Source: Candidatus Woesearchaeota archaeon
GTDB lineage: Archaea > Nanobdellota > Nanobdellia > Pacearchaeales > GW2011-AR1
Assembly: GCA_964514585.1 (NCBI GenBank)
Contig: CAZETU010000002.1
Location: forward strand, 32,001 to 96,000
DNA length: 64,000 bases
Reading direction: 5' to 3'
Below, one piece after another: positions 38,398-47,827 of this stretch. The number at the start of each line of letters is the position of its first letter. Positions within the stretch are counted from its first letter, which is position 1. Under the pieces are notes generated by a model, which did not search any database, was not told the DNA's origin, and saw only the letters and a list, made by a program, of their open reading frames with translations. The position numbers and the translations under genes are program-made.

Positions 38398-38790
38398 TTA
38401 ATTTAGGTTGATTTCTCCGTTTTGTTTTTGAATTATGTTTGTTCCTTTTTTTAGAATTCCTGTGGCATTTGCTGTGCTTAGGGCTATTGCGTGTTTTTGA
38501 TCTGTTGTGTTGGCGTATACTACTCTTTCGAATAAGTAGATTCCATATTCGTCGTTGATTATTTTATCTGGGATTTCAAATTCTCTGTAGTATCCATCTT
38601 GTGATTGTGCTGCTAAATTTATTTCTTCTTTGACGTTTTTTACGACATCTTTAATGATTATGTTTTTTTTCTCGTATGTTTTGTCTGCCATTTTTGATTG
38701 GATGGCTCCGATGAAAAGGATGAAGAAGAAAGCTATGAAGCTAATTACTATCATTAGTTCGACGGCGGATTGTGCTTTTTTATTTTGCAT
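38398..38790 (-). CDS. Minor pilin-like protein
   Basis: KKA|QSAVELMIVI class III signal. Confidence 0.8.
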   Translation of the reverse strand: MQNKKAQSAVELMIVISFIAFFFILFIGAIQSKMADKTYEKKNIIIKDVVKNVKEEINLAAQSQDGYYREFEIPDKIINDEYGIYLFERVVYANTTDQKHAIALSTANATGILKKGTNIIQKQNGEINLN

Positions 38791-38791
38791 T

Positions 38792-39205
38792 TTAGGAGTT
38801 TATTGACACAGAAGTGTTTTCTGCTTCTAGAACTATTTCTCTTAGTCCTGAAACGGATGATATAGTTCCCGTTATTGGAACGTTGCTTGGGAAGTCTACT
38901 TTGTTTGGGCCGGAGGACGTTTCAAATGATACGTAAATTGTGTTGTTTATTATTTCGATTAGGGTGATTCGTTCTGGGATGTTTGTTACGATTGTTATTT
39001 TTGATGGTTCGCCGGAGTAGAAAACCGATTCTGCGGATGATACGATTTTGTTTGCCATGCCGTCTACTTGTCTTGATGATATCATGTCTCTAAGGGAGTT
39101 GCTGTGGTAGAAAGCTACGGCTAATGTGCCTATCAAAATGAATGTCAGAAAACCAACGATCATCAGATATTCCATGCCTATCTGCGCCTTCTTTTTTTGT
39201 TCCAT
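38792..39205 (-). CDS. Minor pilin-like protein
   Basis: KKKA|QIGMEYLMIVG class III signal. Confidence 0.85.
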   Translation of the reverse strand: MEQKKKAQIGMEYLMIVGFLTFILIGTLAVAFYHSNSLRDMISSRQVDGMANKIVSSAESVFYSGEPSKITIVTNIPERITLIEIINNTIYVSFETSSGPNKVDFPSNVPITGTISSVSGLREIVLEAENTSVSINS

Positions 39206-39267
39206 TTACCTTCGGAAGCTTTATAAAATCCTCTACTTTATGTTCAATGTTGTATTTAAACATTTTT

Positions 39268-39831
39268 ATGAGGATGGAAAAAAGAGGGATGGCGTGTTTA
39301 GGAAAGGTTCTTTTAGTGCTCCTTTTCTTTGTTTTGATGAACGTAGGTTTCTGGTCGTATTCGAGTTATAAGAATGGTGGGGAGTTTTCTTCTTCTGGAG
39401 GTCTTACTGGGATGTCGATAACAGATAGTGTAAAGGCTACTTTTGTTGGACTTAGTTTGACGCAGAAGATTGTTTTCTTTATTCAATTGTTTGTAGTACT
39501 TTTAATTATATTTTTTCTTGTTGCTCGTGAGATTGGTAAAAGGAGAAGGAATGATGAGATTAGTCGGAGTAGTGTTGTTGCTGGATCTAAGGGGAAAGGT
39601 ACAGATTTAGATTCGCTTTATGCTGCTTTGAAACAGAAGAAGAAGATTCATTTGTCTTCGATTTCAAGGGGTTTTAAGGTTAGTCGGGATACGGCGATGG
39701 AGTGGTGTAAGATTTTGGAATCTTCTAATCTTGCTTCGATTGAATATCCGGCGTTGGGAGAGTCTTACATAAGAATAATAGAGGAGGAGAATAAAGAAAA
39801 AGAGAATGGAAAAGAAAAAGTCAAGAAGTGA
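39268..39831 (+). CDS. Two-TM membrane protein with possible C-terminal winged helix
   Basis: Two hydrophobic helices; TDLDSLY..LK..KKI.LSSISRGFKVSRDTAMEW..ILE. Confidence 0.65.
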   Translation: MRMEKRGMACLGKVLLVLLFFVLMNVGFWSYSSYKNGGEFSSSGGLTGMSITDSVKATFVGLSLTQKIVFFIQLFVVLLIIFFLVAREIGKRRRNDEISRSSVVAGSKGKGTDLDSLYAALKQKKKIHLSSISRGFKVSRDTAMEWCKILESSNLASIEYPALGESYIRIIEEENKEKENGKEKVKK

Positions 39832-41506
39832 TAAAAAGGTGCACCATGCACCTCATAGCAAGAAGTCCCATCATACATCCCATGCTAATAAATCTCCTCA
39901 TGTAAATCATAGTAAGAAACATGTATCTCATAGTAAGAAGTTTCATCATGCTAAGGCGAAGGTTGTTTCTAAGGAAGAAGATGTTCATAAGAAGGTGAAG
40001 CTTGAACCGATTAAGCCAGGACATAAAAAAATTATCGAATCTTATGATCTTGTTGCGGATGGGGCGAAGGTTAAGGTTAATATTGTTCAGGAAGATTTGG
40101 GAATTGTTTATAATCTTGTGATTCCCGAGGTCAGTCCTGTTACTGCGGCTTTGTTGGCCGATTTGAGAAATCAATTGGTTTTGGTGACGACGGTTAGTAT
40201 GAAAGAGATACTTGATCCTTCGGCTTTTGATGAAGTTAAGAAGAGATTTATTGATGAAGCTGAAAAAATTTTGGATGAGAAGTTGCCTAATACTGATCAG
40301 GCTACTAAGGATTTTTTGATTGGGAAATTGATTCAGGAAATGTTGGGACTTGGAGAGATTGAGTTTATGGTTAATGATCCGAATTTGGAAGAGATTGTTA
40401 TTTTGTCGGCGAAGGAATCGATTCGGGTTTATCATAAGAAGTATCGTTGGGTTAAGTCGAATATTATTTTGAAGAGGGAGGATAAGATTGTTAATTATTC
40501 TAAGAGTGTGGCTCGTCGGGTTGGTCGTGAGATTACTGTTCTTAGTCCTTTGCTTGATGCACATCTTGTTACTGGGGACAGGGTTAATTCGGTTCTTTAT
40601 CCGATTAGTACTAATGGGAATACTATTACTATTAGGAAGTTTGCGAGGGATCCTTATACGATAGTCGATTTGATAAAGAATAAGACTTGTGATTTGACGA
40701 TTGCGTGTTTGTTGTGGTTGGCGATTGAGTATGAAATGAATGTTTTGATTTCTGGCGGGACGGCTTCGGGAAAGACAGTTTTGTTGAATGCATGTATGCC
40801 TTTTATTCCGCCAAATAATAGAATTGTTTCGGTTGAAGATACGAGAGAGTTGATGTTGCCTGAGTTTTTGTATTGGACCCCGCTTGTTACTCGGTCTGCG
40901 AATCCTGAAGGGAAGGGAGAGGTTTCGATGCTTGATTTATTGGTTAATTCTCTGAGAATGAGACCTGATAGAATTGTTATGGGTGAGATGAGGCGGCAGC
41001 AAGAGGCGATGGTTTTGTTTGAGGCTATGCATACTGGGCATAGTGTTTATGCTACGCTGCATGCGGATTCAGCTACGGAGACTATTTCTAGAATTACTCA
41101 TCCCCCTTTAAATATTCCGCCAAATCTTTTGAGCGCTGTTAATTTGAATGTTGTTATGTTTAGAGATAGAAGGAAGGGAATTAGGAGAGTTTTGCAGGTT
41201 GCCGAGTTTGATGTTGGGAATGATAAGGCTTCTGCTAATATTCTTTATAGATGGATTCCCGAGGGTGATAAGATGATTCAGCATAGTGAGAGTAGTAAAT
41301 TTTTTGAGGATATAACTAGGACTACAGGAATGTCTAATAAGGAGATTCAGGAGAACTTGAGCGAAAAGAGTAAAATTTTGTCTTGGATGATTGCTAATGA
41401 TGTTCGTGATTTGCAGAGTATGGGTAAGGTTATGAATGCGTATTATTCTAATAAATCTTTTTTGCTTGATGCAATTAAAAAGAATAATAAAGGGTTTTTG
41501 AAATGA
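39806..41506 (+). CDS. Type IV pilus assembly ATPase (VirB11/TadA/ArlI family) with His-rich N-terminus
   Basis: ISGGTASGKT, VEDTREL, LRMRPDRIVMGEMR, TGH, TLHA. Confidence 0.95.
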   Translation: MEKKKSRSDKKVHHAPHSKKSHHTSHANKSPHVNHSKKHVSHSKKFHHAKAKVVSKEEDVHKKVKLEPIKPGHKKIIESYDLVADGAKVKVNIVQEDLGIVYNLVIPEVSPVTAALLADLRNQLVLVTTVSMKEILDPSAFDEVKKRFIDEAEKILDEKLPNTDQATKDFLIGKLIQEMLGLGEIEFMVNDPNLEEIVILSAKESIRVYHKKYRWVKSNIILKREDKIVNYSKSVARRVGREITVLSPLLDAHLVTGDRVNSVLYPISTNGNTITIRKFARDPYTIVDLIKNKTCDLTIACLLWLAIEYEMNVLISGGTASGKTVLLNACMPFIPPNNRIVSVEDTRELMLPEFLYWTPLVTRSANPEGKGEVSMLDLLVNSLRMRPDRIVMGEMRRQQEAMVLFEAMHTGHSVYATLHADSATETISRITHPPLNIPPNLLSAVNLNVVMFRDRRKGIRRVLQVAEFDVGNDKASANILYRWIPEGDKMIQHSESSKFFEDITRTTGMSNKEIQENLSEKSKILSWMIANDVRDLQSMGKVMNAYYSNKSFLLDAIKKNNKGFLK

Positions 41507-42381
41507 AATTTAAAATTCCGTTCGCTGGTTCGAATATTTCGAGGTTGAGAAAAGTTTCTAGACCGTATTCAAAAAGGATTAAGTCCAAGAAGGATAGTTT
41601 GGATAAATATTTGAAAGATTCTGGGGCGCCGATAAGTAGAGAGGAATATATCGGGGTTATGAGAAGAAGTTTTTTGACGATGTTTTTTATTTCTCTTTTT
41701 TTGATGCTTTCTTTATTGCTGCTTTTCAATAAAATTGAATGGTTTCTTTTCGCTATTGGTTTTTTGTTTTTGTTTTCTTGTATTATTTATATGAATCAGA
41801 TGACTTATCCTAAGATTTATTTTTTGAAGAGGCAAAGAGATATTGAGAGGAATTTGATTCCTGCTCTTGAGGATATGTTGATTCAGTTGAATTCTGGTAT
41901 ACCACTTTTTAGTATCCTTGTGAATATTTCTGATTCTGGTTATGGGGAATTGAGTGGCGAGTTTATGAAGGCTGTGCAGAAGATTAATGCGGGCGAATCT
42001 GAGGTGAATGTTTTGGAGGAATTGAGTGCGAAAAATCCGTCGAATTATTTTAAGAGGGCGCTTTGGCAGATTAGTAATGGTATGAGAGCGGGGAGCGATA
42101 TGGCTGTTGTTATTGGGGATAATATTCATGCTTTGAATGAGGAGCAGATGATTCAGATTCAGCAGTATGGGAATAAGTTGAATCCTATGATTATGTTTTA
42201 TATGCTTGTGTCGGTTATTGTCCCTTCGCTGTCCGTGACTTTTTTGACGATTCTTTCTTCGATGATTAGTCTTCCTGGGAATACCACTATTATGATTTTT
42301 ATGGGGTTGTTTATTTTTGTTGTTCTGGTTCAAATAATGTTTCTTGGTATAATTAAATCTAAGAGGCCGACGTTGTTATAA
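41503..42381 (+). CDS. Type IV pilus platform protein (TadB/TadC, T2SSF-like)
   Basis: L.DMLIQLNSGIPL, YGELSGEF, LWQISNGMRAG. Confidence 0.85.
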   Translation: MKFKIPFAGSNISRLRKVSRPYSKRIKSKKDSLDKYLKDSGAPISREEYIGVMRRSFLTMFFISLFLMLSLLLLFNKIEWFLFAIGFLFLFSCIIYMNQMTYPKIYFLKRQRDIERNLIPALEDMLIQLNSGIPLFSILVNISDSGYGELSGEFMKAVQKINAGESEVNVLEELSAKNPSNYFKRALWQISNGMRAGSDMAVVIGDNIHALNEEQMIQIQQYGNKLNPMIMFYMLVSVIVPSLSVTFLTILSSMISLPGNTTIMIFMGLFIFVVLVQIMFLGIIKSKRPTLL

Positions 42382-43937
42382 TGGTAGATTTGATTGGCGA
42401 GGAAGAATTTACTAAGGCCATTAATGGTGTTAAGGAAAAGTCTGAGCCTAAGATTGAGAAGAAAGTTGAGAAGCCGAAGAGAGTAGAGAAGTCTAAGGTT
42501 GTGAAACCAAAGAGGTCTGAGAGAAGGGCAGTTAAAAAATTAGAGAAGAAAATTAAGAAGGCTAGGAAAGCTGAAAAAAAGGTTATGAGAAAACTTGAAA
42601 AAAAATTGAAGAAATCTGTTGTTAAGTCGAAGTCTAAGATTGCATCTAAGGTTGAGCCTAAACTTGAGAAGAAGGTTGAGCCAAAGCCTGAAAAAAAGAT
42701 AGAGGCTGGAGTTGTTCCTATTATTATTCCAAAGCTAGATAAAAAAATTGTTTCTGGGGTCGTGTCTGAAGTTAAGCCTAAGTTTAGTTTGGGGATTAGT
42801 AAAATGATTGCTAAGCGGTCTGAGAAGAAGGAACAGAAAAAAATTGAAAAGAAATTTAAGAAGGCCGAGAAGAAACTCAATAAGGAACTTTCTGTTAAGT
42901 CTAAGGTTAAGAATAAGCCTGTTGTTAAGGTGGGGCCTAAGGTTGCGGCTAAGGTTGAGAAAACCTTTGCTAAAGTTGATAAGAAAACTGTTTCTGAAGC
43001 TGCGGTTCCTGTTGCGAGGAATATTCGTCGTACTTCTCATGAGAAAGAGGCTGGCAGAAATAAATTGATGATTGGTGTTGGTGTTATTACTGGTGCCGTT
43101 TTTGGTGCTGGTTTTCTTTTGTTGAAGAAAAGTGTTATCTTCTCGATTTCGGTTTTTTTCTTGGTGGCTGTTTTGTTTATGGTTTCTATTCGTGTTAATA
43201 AATCATTAAAGAAAACTGCTGAGGTGAATAAAATGGAAAAGGTATTTCCTGATTTTTTACAATTGGTTTCGGGTAATCTGAGGGCGGGCATAACTATTGA
43301 TAAGGCTATTTTGCTTAGTGCTAGGAAAGAGTTTGAGCCGCTTGATGCTGAGATAATGAGAATTGGTAAAGATATCACGACGGGACGGAGTATGGAAAAA
43401 TCCTTGGCGGATATGTCGGCTAGGATAGATTCTGAAAAAATTAAGAAGACGATTACTTTGATTACTTCTGGTTTGCGGGCTGGTGGGAATTTGGCGATTT
43501 TGCTTGAGAGGACGGCTTCAAATATGAGAGAGCGGTCTTTTGTTGAGAAGAGGGCAGCCTCTAATGTTTTGATGTATGAGATTTTTATTTTTGTTGCTGT
43601 TGCAATTGGGGCTCCGGCGCTGTTTGCTCTTTCGACTATTTTGGTTCAAGCAATGACTGGGATGATGGCCTCGACTCCTGCGATGGATGCGAGTGTTGCG
43701 AATCTGAATGTTCCCTTTTCGTTTTCGGGGATTAGTATTTCGATGAATTTTATTGTCTATTATTCTATGGCTTTTATGATTACAATTGGGGCTTTGTCTT
43801 CCTTGATTATTGGTTTGGTTAGCAAGGGAGATGAGAAGGCGGGTTTAAAATATTTAATTCCTATAGTTATTTCGGGTCTTGTGATATTTTGGACGATTAG
43901 GTATTTCTTGGCTGATTTTGTATCGGGGTTATTTTAA
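42381..43937 (+). CDS. Second platform protein (TadC-like) with ~220-aa Lys-rich N-terminal extension
   Basis: FPDFLQLVSGNLRAGIT, RAGGNLA.LLE; KVEPK-type low-complexity region. Confidence 0.85.
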   Translation: MVDLIGEEEFTKAINGVKEKSEPKIEKKVEKPKRVEKSKVVKPKRSERRAVKKLEKKIKKARKAEKKVMRKLEKKLKKSVVKSKSKIASKVEPKLEKKVEPKPEKKIEAGVVPIIIPKLDKKIVSGVVSEVKPKFSLGISKMIAKRSEKKEQKKIEKKFKKAEKKLNKELSVKSKVKNKPVVKVGPKVAAKVEKTFAKVDKKTVSEAAVPVARNIRRTSHEKEAGRNKLMIGVGVITGAVFGAGFLLLKKSVIFSISVFFLVAVLFMVSIRVNKSLKKTAEVNKMEKVFPDFLQLVSGNLRAGITIDKAILLSARKEFEPLDAEIMRIGKDITTGRSMEKSLADMSARIDSEKIKKTITLITSGLRAGGNLAILLERTASNMRERSFVEKRAASNVLMYEIFIFVAVAIGAPALFALSTILVQAMTGMMASTPAMDASVANLNVPFSFSGISISMNFIVYYSMAFMITIGALSSLIIGLVSKGDEKAGLKYLIPIVISGLVIFWTIRYFLADFVSGLF

Positions 43938-43938
43938 A

Positions 43939-44862
43939 ATGAAAAATAAAAGAGGGGTGTTTTTTACGGTGGTTGTAATTTTTATTCTGACTTTGTTTTT
44001 TATGTCGTATACTATTTATGATGTTGTTGTGGACCGAAGTGCTGTGAATAGGCGTGTTGAAACTTTGAATAATTTTGTTTCGTCGGTTGAGCATGATATC
44101 CCTCGTTATTTATACGTTGCTGGGTTTAGGTCCATTTTTCTTGTACATGAGGAAATTGTTGCTTCTAATAATTATATTGGGAGTGTTAATGATTCTTTTC
44201 AGGAGTTGTTTTATAATGGGAGCTTGGGCGGGGCTACAAAAACTTTAATGAATGGTGCGAAGTTTGACGATATGAAGGATGCGTTTGAGACGTCTAGTTT
44301 GAAGATAAATGCGAATGTTGATTTTTCTTCTCCTGCGATTTCTGTTGATCAGGTTGATCCTTGGAATATTCGCGTTAAGTTGAGTATTGGCGTGAAGATT
44401 GAGGATGTTGGAGGGTTGGTTCGATGGGATAGGAATATGTCGACTTATGCTCTTATTCCGATTGAGGGTTTTGAGGATCCGTTGTATTTGATTGAGACTG
44501 GGCAGGTTACGAATTCTTTTTATGAAACTCCGTATACTGATTTTGTTTTGGGTGCTGATACTAGTAATTTTAGTTTGCATATTCAGAATTCTTATTATTA
44601 TGCTTCGGACTCGGCTCCGAGTTTTTTGAAGCGGTTTGAGGGAGACAATAGTCCTGATTCTAATGGTATAGAGTCTTTTGTTTATTTGCCGAAGCTGACG
44701 GCGCAGGGTCTTTCAGCTCAGGATAAGTCTGTTATCGATTATATTTATTTTTCGAGTGACGATCCTTTAGATTATGGGATTTCTGGTATGCCTTCTTGGT
44801 TTAATATTGATAATGAGTCGGCGCACTTGGAAGATTATGGTGTTGACGGTTTAATTGTTTAG
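43939..44862 (+). CDS. Pilin-like protein with class III-like signal
   Basis: KNKRG|VFFTVVVIF; located at the end of the pilus operon. Confidence 0.7.
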   Translation: MKNKRGVFFTVVVIFILTLFFMSYTIYDVVVDRSAVNRRVETLNNFVSSVEHDIPRYLYVAGFRSIFLVHEEIVASNNYIGSVNDSFQELFYNGSLGGATKTLMNGAKFDDMKDAFETSSLKINANVDFSSPAISVDQVDPWNIRVKLSIGVKIEDVGGLVRWDRNMSTYALIPIEGFEDPLYLIETGQVTNSFYETPYTDFVLGADTSNFSLHIQNSYYYASDSAPSFLKRFEGDNSPDSNGIESFVYLPKLTAQGLSAQDKSVIDYIYFSSDDPLDYGISGMPSWFNIDNESAHLEDYGVDGLIV

Positions 44863-44896
44863 TTAATTTTTTATACTCGGTTTGTTTGTTTGTTTA

Positions 44897-45283
44897 ATGA
44901 GGAGAGATTGGATTATTATTGCTTTGATGGTTTTTTTTGCGTTGGCTGTAATTGCGCTTATCGTTGGTGAGTTTTTTGAAGGAGAGGAGCCGGTTGCGAA
45001 TTCTGGTTCTGATAGTGTTGGGAGTTCTGTAGAGGTTCCTGTTGATGTAAATGATAATGAGTCTTCTTTTGATAATGTTGCTAGTGTTGGTGGTGGAACT
45101 GGCGGCGGTGATTCTGGTGGTGGAGCTGGTAGTAGTGTTCCTGTGGTTTATGGAGATTCTATTCCTGATATAGCTGCTAATCCTTGTGGTTATTATTTCG
45201 AAGGTTATGGAATTTGTGATGGGACTTGTCCTGATGGGGAGTGTACTCAAGATGGTGGAAGTTGTTATTGTAAGAAGAGTTAA
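44897..45283 (+). CDS. Membrane-anchored protein with Gly/Ser linker and Cys-rich tip
   Basis: TM helix, GGGTGGGDSGGG linker, CG..ICDGTCPDGEC..CYC. Confidence 0.65.
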   Translation: MRRDWIIIALMVFFALAVIALIVGEFFEGEEPVANSGSDSVGSSVEVPVDVNDNESSFDNVASVGGGTGGGDSGGGAGSSVPVVYGDSIPDIAANPCGYYFEGYGICDGTCPDGECTQDGGSCYCKKS

Positions 45284-45313
45284 TTTTATAATGTTTGGGG
45301 ATTTGTTTTAGTT

Positions 45314-45691
45314 ATGGATGTATCACGCACAGGTGTACCCTCTTTAGGAGATTCTGAAAATTTCGATACTAAACGGGCATGTGTGTTTTGTAAGATTGTG
45401 AAAGGTGAGATTCCTTGTGAGAAAGTTTTGGAGCGGGATAATTTTATTGTGATAAAGGATGTTAACCCTAAAGTTGAGGGGCATTTGTTGGTTATTCCGA
45501 ATGAGCATTATAAGAATTTTTTAGACTTACCTTCTGAGTTGTATGAGGATTTATTGAAGACTGTTAAGGATGTTTTGAATGAGAAAGGGATTGAGGATTT
45601 TAATTTAGCTGTCGTGGGAGAATTAGTTCCCCATTTTCACTTGCATGTCTTGCCTAGGCGCGAGGGAGACGGGTTCAGTTTGAATTGCTGA
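45314..45691 (+). CDS. HIT family protein with a 20-aa N-terminal insertion
   Basis: CVFCKIV, GHLLVIP, HFHLHV. Confidence 0.9.
   Translation: MDVSRTGVPSLGDSENFDTKRACVFCKIVKGEIPCEKVLERDNFIVIKDVNPKVEGHLLVIPNEHYKNFLDLPSELYEDLLKTVKDVLNEKGIEDFNLAVVGELVPHFHLHVLPRREGDGFSLNC
45324..45379 (+). repeat. Intragenic ~60-bp element, copy 1
   Basis: 47/57 aligned positions identical to 57680-57736. Confidence 0.85.
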
Positions 45692-45934
45692 GGTTTCTTT
45701 CTTGTGTGTTATTTTATTTATTGTGAAGTTGATTGTGGCTCCGATTAGTGCGACGATTAGCAGATTGATGACCATTGTAAGGACGGGGATGGTTGTACCG
45801 ACGATTTTTATTGCGAGAGTTGTTGGGAATATAAAGATTTGCCAGATTGGGTAAATTGGATATTGCATTAGGAGGGCGACGCAGAAAAGGTAAAGGCATG
45901 CTGAGATTAACCACCACTTTAGTTTGATTTGCAT
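45623..45934 (-). CDS. Small membrane protein
   Basis: Hydrophobic ORF starting 31 bp after the aspS stop; 3' end overlaps HIT. Confidence 0.45.
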   Translation of the reverse strand: MQIKLKWWLISACLYLFCVALLMQYPIYPIWQIFIFPTTLAIKIVGTTIPVLTMVINLLIVALIGATINFTINKITHKKETSAIQTEPVSLAPRQDMQVKMGN

Positions 45935-45964
45935 GAAAGATATAGGAATTTGTTATTTAAGAAA

Positions 45965-47353
45965 TTATTCTTTTTTCTTTTCTTTTGGAAGATCTAGTCC
46001 GATGTGTACGTCTTTCAATTGTTGTTTTGAAAGTGAACTTGGTGCATCGAGCATTAGGTCTTTTGCTTCTTTGTTTTTAGGGAATGCGATTGTTTCTCTG
46101 ATTGATTCTGCTCCGAGTACGATTTGGACAAGTCGGTCTAGACCCCATGCGATTCCGCCGTGAGGAGGTGCTCCGAATTTTAGGGCGTCAAGTAGGAAGC
46201 CGAATTTTTCTCTTTGTTCTTCTGGGTTGATTCCTAAAACTTCGAAAACTTTTGCTTGGATTTCTTCTTCGTGGATTCTGATTGAACCGCCACCGATTTC
46301 AGTTCCGTTTAAGACGATGTCGTATGCGATTGATTTTGCTGTCTCTGGGTCTTTGTTGAACGATTCCATTTCTGGATGTGTGAATGGGTGGTGTGTTGCA
46401 ATCATTTTTCCTTTTCCTTCGGATTTATCGAATGCAGGGAAATCTACAACCCAGCAGAATGCAAATTCTTTTGGATCGTCTTTATTTTTTCTTAAGTCTG
46501 GTCGGTCGATTCCGTATTTTTTCATTGACTCATCGTAGGAGATTCTTTGGAATGGGGTTTGTATGTCGACGTTTAAGATTTCTTTCCAGATTTTTTTTAG
46601 TAATTTTTCTGTTATTGCGATTATGTCGTCTTGTGTTACGAATGACATTTCTAGGTCTAGTTGTGTGAATTCTGGTTGTCGGTCTGACCTAAGGTCTTCA
46701 TCTCTCATACATTTTGCAATTTGAAAATATTTTTCGAAACCTGCGACCATTAAGAGTTGTTTGAATAATTGTGGGGATTGTGGAAGTGCGAAGAATTTTC
46801 CTGGTTGAGTTCTTGAGGGGACGACATAATCTCGTGCTCCTTCTGGAGTTGATTTTGCTAGAATTGGAGTTTCAAATTCGCTGAAACCTTCTTCGTGAAG
46901 AGTGTCTCTGATTACTTTGATAATTTTACTTCTTATGATTAGGTTCTTTTGCATTTCTGGTCTTCGTAGGTCAAGGTATCTGTATTTTAATCTGATTTCT
47001 TCGTTTGTATCTTGGTTATCTAAGTCGAAAGGCAGAGCTGGGCATTTGTTGTAAACTTCTAGTTCTTCGATTTTTATTTCTACGCCGCCCGCTGGAGAAT
47101 TTTTGTTTTCTGTTCCTTTGGGTCGTTCGTTTACTTGCCCTTTGACTCTTATACAAGATTCTTTAGTTAGGGATTTTGCTGTTTCGAAATTTTTTTCGTT
47201 TTTTGCTGTGACAACTGTTTGGACTGTTCCAGTTATATCTCGGATTTCTAAGAATGTGATTTTCCCATGTTCTCTGATTGTGTCGATCCATCCTGCTATC
47301 TCTACGTTTTTTCCGATTTTTTCTGGCAGGTTTTTGATCATTATTCTTTGCAT
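45965..47353 (-). CDS. aspS: Bacterial-type aspartyl-tRNA synthetase lacking the GAD domain, probably non-discriminating
   Basis: TPEGARDY, ALPQSPQLFKQLLM, RDEDLRSDRQPEFTQLD, HHPFT, GAPPHGG; only 462 aa; REHG motif. Confidence 0.92.
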   Translation of the reverse strand: MQRIMIKNLPEKIGKNVEIAGWIDTIREHGKITFLEIRDITGTVQTVVTAKNEKNFETAKSLTKESCIRVKGQVNERPKGTENKNSPAGGVEIKIEELEVYNKCPALPFDLDNQDTNEEIRLKYRYLDLRRPEMQKNLIIRSKIIKVIRDTLHEEGFSEFETPILAKSTPEGARDYVVPSRTQPGKFFALPQSPQLFKQLLMVAGFEKYFQIAKCMRDEDLRSDRQPEFTQLDLEMSFVTQDDIIAITEKLLKKIWKEILNVDIQTPFQRISYDESMKKYGIDRPDLRKNKDDPKEFAFCWVVDFPAFDKSEGKGKMIATHHPFTHPEMESFNKDPETAKSIAYDIVLNGTEIGGGSIRIHEEEIQAKVFEVLGINPEEQREKFGFLLDALKFGAPPHGGIAWGLDRLVQIVLGAESIRETIAFPKNKEAKDLMLDAPSSLSKQQLKDVHIGLDLPKEKKKE

Positions 47354-47429
47354 ATTATTTTAGAGTTTGGAGGGTTTATAAAATTGTTGGGGAGGTAATG
47401 TTTTTATAGTGAGTTTGATTTGGTTGTTT

Positions 47430-47669
47430 ATGGATGTTGAAAATTTGGAGAATGCGATTAATGATGCTACGCAAGAGTCTGTGCCTGAAGCTAATAAAGA
47501 AGCTGAGGTTCCTCAAATGTCTGCTGAAGAAGAGGTTGGTTTTCACAAGGGGGCCTTGAATACTTTGTCGGCGGAGAGGAATGAGTTGGTTAAAATGGTT
47601 GGGAATGTTGAAGCGATAATGCAGGCGCATATTAAGAGGTTGAAGGAATTGGGGGTTGATTTGAAATGA
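47430..47669 (+). CDS. Small hypothetical coiled-coil protein
   Basis: FHKGALNTLSAERNEL..MV..VE..MQAH..RL.ELG. Confidence 0.65.
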   Translation: MDVENLENAINDATQESVPEANKEAEVPQMSAEEEVGFHKGALNTLSAERNELVKMVGNVEAIMQAHIKRLKELGVDLK

Positions 47670-47827
47670 AGAGTAAAAAAAATATGTTTTGGGTGGCCGG
47701 GATTAGTGGGGCTATTGGTGGTGCCTTTGGTGCGGCTTCTGGATCTAACAGTTGGATTGTTGTTATGTGTGTTTCTGCTGTTATAGCTTTGTTTGTTGCG
47801 TGGGCAGCTAGCGGAGTTTTGAAGTAG
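47666..47827 (+). CDS. 53-aa Gly/Ala-rich hydrophobic peptide (not in the ORF track)
   Basis: ATGA overlap with the upstream stop; MKSKKNMFWVAGISGAIGGAFGAASGSNSWIVVMCVSAVIALFVAWAASGVLK. Confidence 0.55.
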   Translation: MKSKKNMFWVAGISGAIGGAFGAASGSNSWIVVMCVSAVIALFVAWAASGVLK

